Positions 59,461-64,000 of a stretch of 64,000 nucleotides of DNA are shown here, one piece after another. Numbering within the stretch: the first letter of the stretch is position 1; each line of letters starts with the position of its first letter. This DNA comes from Asterias rubens (Eukaryota), in the NCBI RefSeq assembly GCF_902459465.1, contig NC_047066.1, positions 18,476,001-18,540,000 on the forward strand, written 5' to 3'. Under the pieces are notes generated by a model, which saw only the letters and a program-made list of their open reading frames with translations, did no database searches and was not told the DNA's origin. A program made the position numbers and the translations under genes.

Positions 59461-62400
59461 CAGGTTCAATAGCTTGCATGGCCTAATTCCTTTTTAAATA
59501 TCAAGTCGGTTTAGTAATTAGAACATTATTTTCTTTACCGTTTTGCCAAAACCAGTATTGACATGATTGGCCCAGAAAAAGTTTTCTATATGACACCATT
59601 TTTATAAAAATTGTGTGCAGCGACAAAACCAGTATTGGCTCAATGAGAGGTTTTCTGCCTGTTTTCCCAAATGGTGTGCCGCAAAACCAGTATTGGACCA
59701 GTGCAGGTTTTCTACCGTTTCCCAAAATAGTCTAGACCAGATTTCCAAAAAGGGCTCTACTAGTTAAGGAAGTGAGCGGCATTTTTGAGTAAAAGTTGGT
59801 AACATACCTGATTTAACTAATTTGGGGGTGCTGAATCCGAAAATAGTGGATACCAAGGCTAATTTTTGGTCTTTCACCCTGAAAAATCAAATTTAAAACA
59901 ATACAGACAACCCAGCAGACGACGGACTTCTCACGTGAAAAATATTCAGGTTCTGCTGTGGTTCCATATCGATGTTGTCAGGACACCACACAGGGCAGGT
60001 ACCCGGGTGCAGGTCAGGTATCCGTAACAAACTTTTGATTGTACTGGATAGATCTACAACCAAATTGCACTTTCAGAGGGACCAACAGGTGCTTTCAATG
60101 TCATTTTAAAAGTATTTGATATTTCGATTACAATCCTCCCCCGTTTTAGAAAGTATTCTCCACAGTTGACGAACCAATCTAACTGTTGTAGGCTAACAAT
60201 TGAAAAAATAAATTCCAGTTTGTTTGTTGGCAGTATAATGCATCGTTAGTCGTGTTTGTACACACACGGACAAATTGCACACAAGAAGACGATAGTAAGA
60301 TTCCGAAACAAAGGACAACAAAATATGTATCCCCTCCATTGATAAAACAATCCACCCTCTCTTTTCAGCTGGTTGTGAAGAACAAGGAAAAAACAAATTA
60401 TTTACTTTGATAATATCACAACAATTTGGGTCAGTTTAATTGTTATCCATGGTAAATTTGTGTATTTTTGTGTATAATTCTTTTGTAAGAAAATATGAAC
60501 ATCAAAAGTACAAACAAAAATTTGTAATTCAACATTGTTAATTAGGAAGTACACAGTTTGAATTAACAAACCATGAATGGAAAGTCTATGGATCCTGGAC
60601 TATTAATACAACACATACAGTGCAGAAGGATGCATAGGCATGTATTATAGATTGTAGTCGGTTTAGAAAGTATTTAGTTATTGGTATGGTCGTAAATTAC
60701 AAGTAAATAATATGACTGATAAGTAGCTGTTCACAGACTCTAACAAGGCCTACTTGAATTAATCATAAAGATAATTTAGTTCATGAACAGAAATATAAAC
60801 TCAAAGTCAATATTTTTGAATAATGATACGTTGGCTCAATGTTTAGCCAACATCCGGTGTGTGACGAGGTGTATGGGTGGATGAGGTTGATGAGGTATTG
60901 CATGGTGAGGTATCAATATTAATATTATGGTCTAAACATGACACATTTGCCGATACAACACAACACAATATCTTCGTAGTGGACACAATGATTTACCCAC
61001 ACATTCAAACTGCATTCAATTTTTCGATTGAAGAAACATTTATTTCCATTTCATAAAAAAAATATTTAAAGTATCATACTAAATAAAGATTAAAGGCACT
61101 GGACACTATTGGTATTGTCAAGGACTGGCCTCCACAGTTGGTGTATCTCAACATTTGTGAAAATTGTGAAAATTTGAGTCAATCAGTCATCAAAATTGCG
61201 AGATAATAATGGATGAAGAAAACACCCTTGTCACACGAAGTTGTGTGCGTTTAAGATGGTTGATTTCGAGACCTCAAGTTCTAAATCTGAGGTCTCGAAA
61301 TCAAATTAGTGGAAAATTACTTCTTTCTCGAAAACTACGTCACTTCAGAGGGAGCCGTTTCTCACAATGTTTTATACCATCAACCTCTCCCAATTACTCG
61401 ACACCCAAGTAAGGTTTTATGCTAATAATTATTTTGAGTAATTACCAATAGTGTCCACTGCCTTAACATTAAATCAGCCAATGATACTACAATAAGAATA
61501 GTAGGAAAAGGACAGAGGAAGTGAAGTGGTGGTAACCCCCGTAAGCGTATGTTCACCATAGTGTAGAAACCGCACTTCAATTGTAATTTCACGCCACCCG
61601 CTGCTATGGGTAAATGCTGTTTATTGCACACTGGTTCGTAGAATGTTCTGTTGTACCTCTACCCAACCTTTGACTTCAAAACATTTACAGCTATCGATAA
61701 TTTTACGTAACGCTGTGTTCAAATGAAAAGGTTTCGTTCAATAGTGGTTCAACAGTGTCCATCCTTTTCGATCTTGTTCGACATCGATCGTATGGGTAAT
61801 CAATTTCGAAACTTGCTTGGTATACAAAATAATATGCAAAGTGAATATGTGCCCTGCATGGATGTGTCTCTGTATCAAACTCATCCAAACATGACCAGAG
61901 TTCTACTGTTCGTTTGTTCCATACCACAACAATAAAAACAGCGAACAGGGCCAATGTCATGGATCTGCTTACCGCAAGCTTGGCTTACCGTCGAATTCTG
62001 CGCTTACGATCACCATTCTCCGCTTACGTGCAAGCGCCGAATTTCTGCGATAGCTGTTCATGCGTATAACGCCCATAGCAACGTGGAGTGCGCACGCACA
62101 CAAGCCAAAATTCGCCGCTAGCCCGTGAAATACGCTTGCCGTAAGCACACAATTTCCTGCTTACGTAAGCGCCGTTTCTCTGCTTACGGTAAGCAGAGCC
62201 ATGAAACTGGGCCGTGATGTGATGCAAAATAAAGGCAGTGTGTCACCCACGCTTGGCAAACTTGACGGGGATGATTAGTGGGTGGGAAGAGCTAGAGCAG
62301 AAGCAGACAATGAGATTGTTGCTTGTTTAATCGATTGCGGATTAGAATAGATTTGTACTTTCCTCGTTGTATTATCCCATTCTAATACAAAAGTAGCCCT

Positions 62401-62478
62401 ACACAGTTTATCAGTGTACTGCTGCATTCGTCTTTGCAAAGAGCAATTGCACGGCGCGGTAAAGAGTAACTCTGCGAA

Positions 62479-62736
62479 ATGACATCTTCGCCAAACACAC
62501 CATCCGGTGTGGAATCGTTCGAGGATGTCTTCACAAATGGAGACCTATCACCCAACCCTGTCAACAAACTTGGTGTGGGAGGAGGAGGTGGCATTCTGAA
62601 TTCTCCAAAGAAGGATGGACGTTGTGGGTTTACTTCTCCCCCACCACCCTCCCCGCTCAGACAGAAATGTGTCAATCTTCATAACTTTGCTACGGGCTCG
62701 CAGTTCGTTGACTCCCTGCATCACAAGGCATCTACG
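62479..62736 (+). CDS. Probable first coding exon of an unidentified gene (Ser/Pro-rich N-terminus)
   Basis: ATG-initiated, GC-elevated, non-repeat frame of 86 codons (MTSSPNTPSG...SPKKDG...SPPPPSPLRQK...HHKAST) ending at a phase-0 donor ACG|GTAGGC. No downstream exon was recognised in the window. Confidence 0.45.
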
Positions 62737-64000
62737 GTAGGCGTTTCATTTGTTTGTGGTTGGGAATCAAGTTGTCTTTAGGAAGAATTTAGTAAGCGTA
62801 AACTATTTCTGTGACGACTCTCTATCGTTGAAAGTGTAGACTATTTACGAATCTACACTTAAGTGTAGATTTGTAACATAGTTGCTTGTAGACTCAATTA
62901 ACGCTTAAAGACACTGGTCACTATTGGTAATTGTTAAAGACCAGTCTTCTCACTTGGTGTATCTAAACATAATTTATGCTTAAAATAACAAGCCTGTGAA
63001 AATTTCAGCTCAATTGGTCGTCGAAGCGGCGAGATAACTATGAACGAAAAAAAAACACCCTTGTCACACGAAGTTGTGTGCTTTCAGATGCTTGATTTCG
63101 AGACCTCAAGTTATAAATCTGAGGTCTCGAAATCAAATTCGTTGAAAATTACTTCTTTCTCGAAAACTACGTTACTTCAGAGGGAGCTGTTTCTCACAAT
63201 GTTTTATACTATCAACCTCTCCCCATTGCTCGGTTCCAATAGGGGTTTATGCTAATACATATTTTGAGTAATTACCAATAGTATTCACTGCCTTAAAAAC
63301 AACCATCCAGGGCGTTACCTTTATCGTTTAAGGAGAATTGACGAGAATGTGTAGATTCATGAGTAGAATGTAAGAACCGAAGGTGAGTACATTGTAATCA
63401 CGAATCTACATTTAAAGACCTGCTTGAACGAAAATTTCAAGTCGTAAACTTTGCTGCAATTCACTTAAAATGTTTTCAAAGAATAGGGAAATCGAGTCAT
63501 ATGACTATAAAAAGATTTCAATTGTGTAAAAAAAGAATTATTTTGAATGCCCTTATCCAGCGCTTTTCTGAGAGATTTGCGAAAAGCCCTGTTACGTAAT
63601 CACTCTCAAAACGTCATCTCTGGGAGCTTTGTTGCAGCGTGGAGGCATAACAAAGCAAGCTCACAGAGATGATGTCAGCGGCATTGTCCTTTGACGCGCG
63701 CTCTCAACGGCAGAAGTGTTTTAGTTCTTCAAAACCTTTAGGTTGGGGCCTGATTTTTTATTCGATAATTACGAACAATTATTCAGAAGTGCACATAATA
63801 TCAAAATTACATTAAAATGTTGAACAGGTGCATAATAAACAAGTTAAAATACCATTTACTTTGAAAACATTCCGCTCAGGTAGCTGTTTAGGAATCTGTT
63901 CTTTGACTTCAATGATTTCCCTCATAAAGAATGGAACAGAACATAAAGCCTTTAAAATAATCATATGAGCAGCAGTAGAACCTTTTGGATTAACAGCATC

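Noticed and set aside
61703-61960. 85-aa minus-strand ORF with a hydrophobic N-terminus
   Set aside because: It starts at a MITE edge, and has no recognisable domain or splice partners.
63040-63255. Recurrent 60-90 aa ORFs such as [45 protein letters not shown] or [20 protein letters not shown] (also at 4463, 4476, 6194, 11230, 19579, 23705, 23728, 33810, 35298, 39693, 39736, 53805, 61209)
   Set aside because: They are chance frames within family A MITE copies, disrupted differently in each copy, and are not a protein family.

Overview
This is eukaryotic, intron-rich, AT-rich DNA, most likely from a marine invertebrate deuterostome (probably an echinoderm such as a sea star; this is inferred from protein similarity and repeat landscape). 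It is not prokaryotic, and I found no CRISPR array, rRNA or bona fide tRNA gene. Six protein-coding genes can be reconstructed by hand with GT-AG introns and continuous frames: an intronless GXYLT1/2-type glucoside xylosyltransferase (-), RWDD4 (+, 8 exons plus a candidate 3-nt microexon), sedoheptulokinase SHPK (-, 3 exons), TMEM97/sigma-2 receptor (+, 3 exons, head-to-head with SHPK), a Dispatched-family RND/SSD protein (+, 4 exons) and IFT20 (+, 4 exons). A probable first exon of a seventh, unidentified gene lies near the right end. Non-coding DNA is dominated by short non-autonomous DNA transposons (several related TTAA-targeting Kolobok-like families, PIF/Harbinger-like MITEs, one 6-bp-TSD hAT-like element), tRNA-derived SINEs, a LINE 3' remnant and a 67-bp higher-order tandem repeat. 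Most short ORFs in the supplied track are spurious readings of these repeats. The best leads are the RWDD4 single-codon microexon, the duplicated SHPK C-terminus, the Dispatched protein lacking a furin consensus, the modular Kolobok-like families, and the TMEM97-IFT20 linkage. Repeat boundaries are approximate unless a TSD is quoted.
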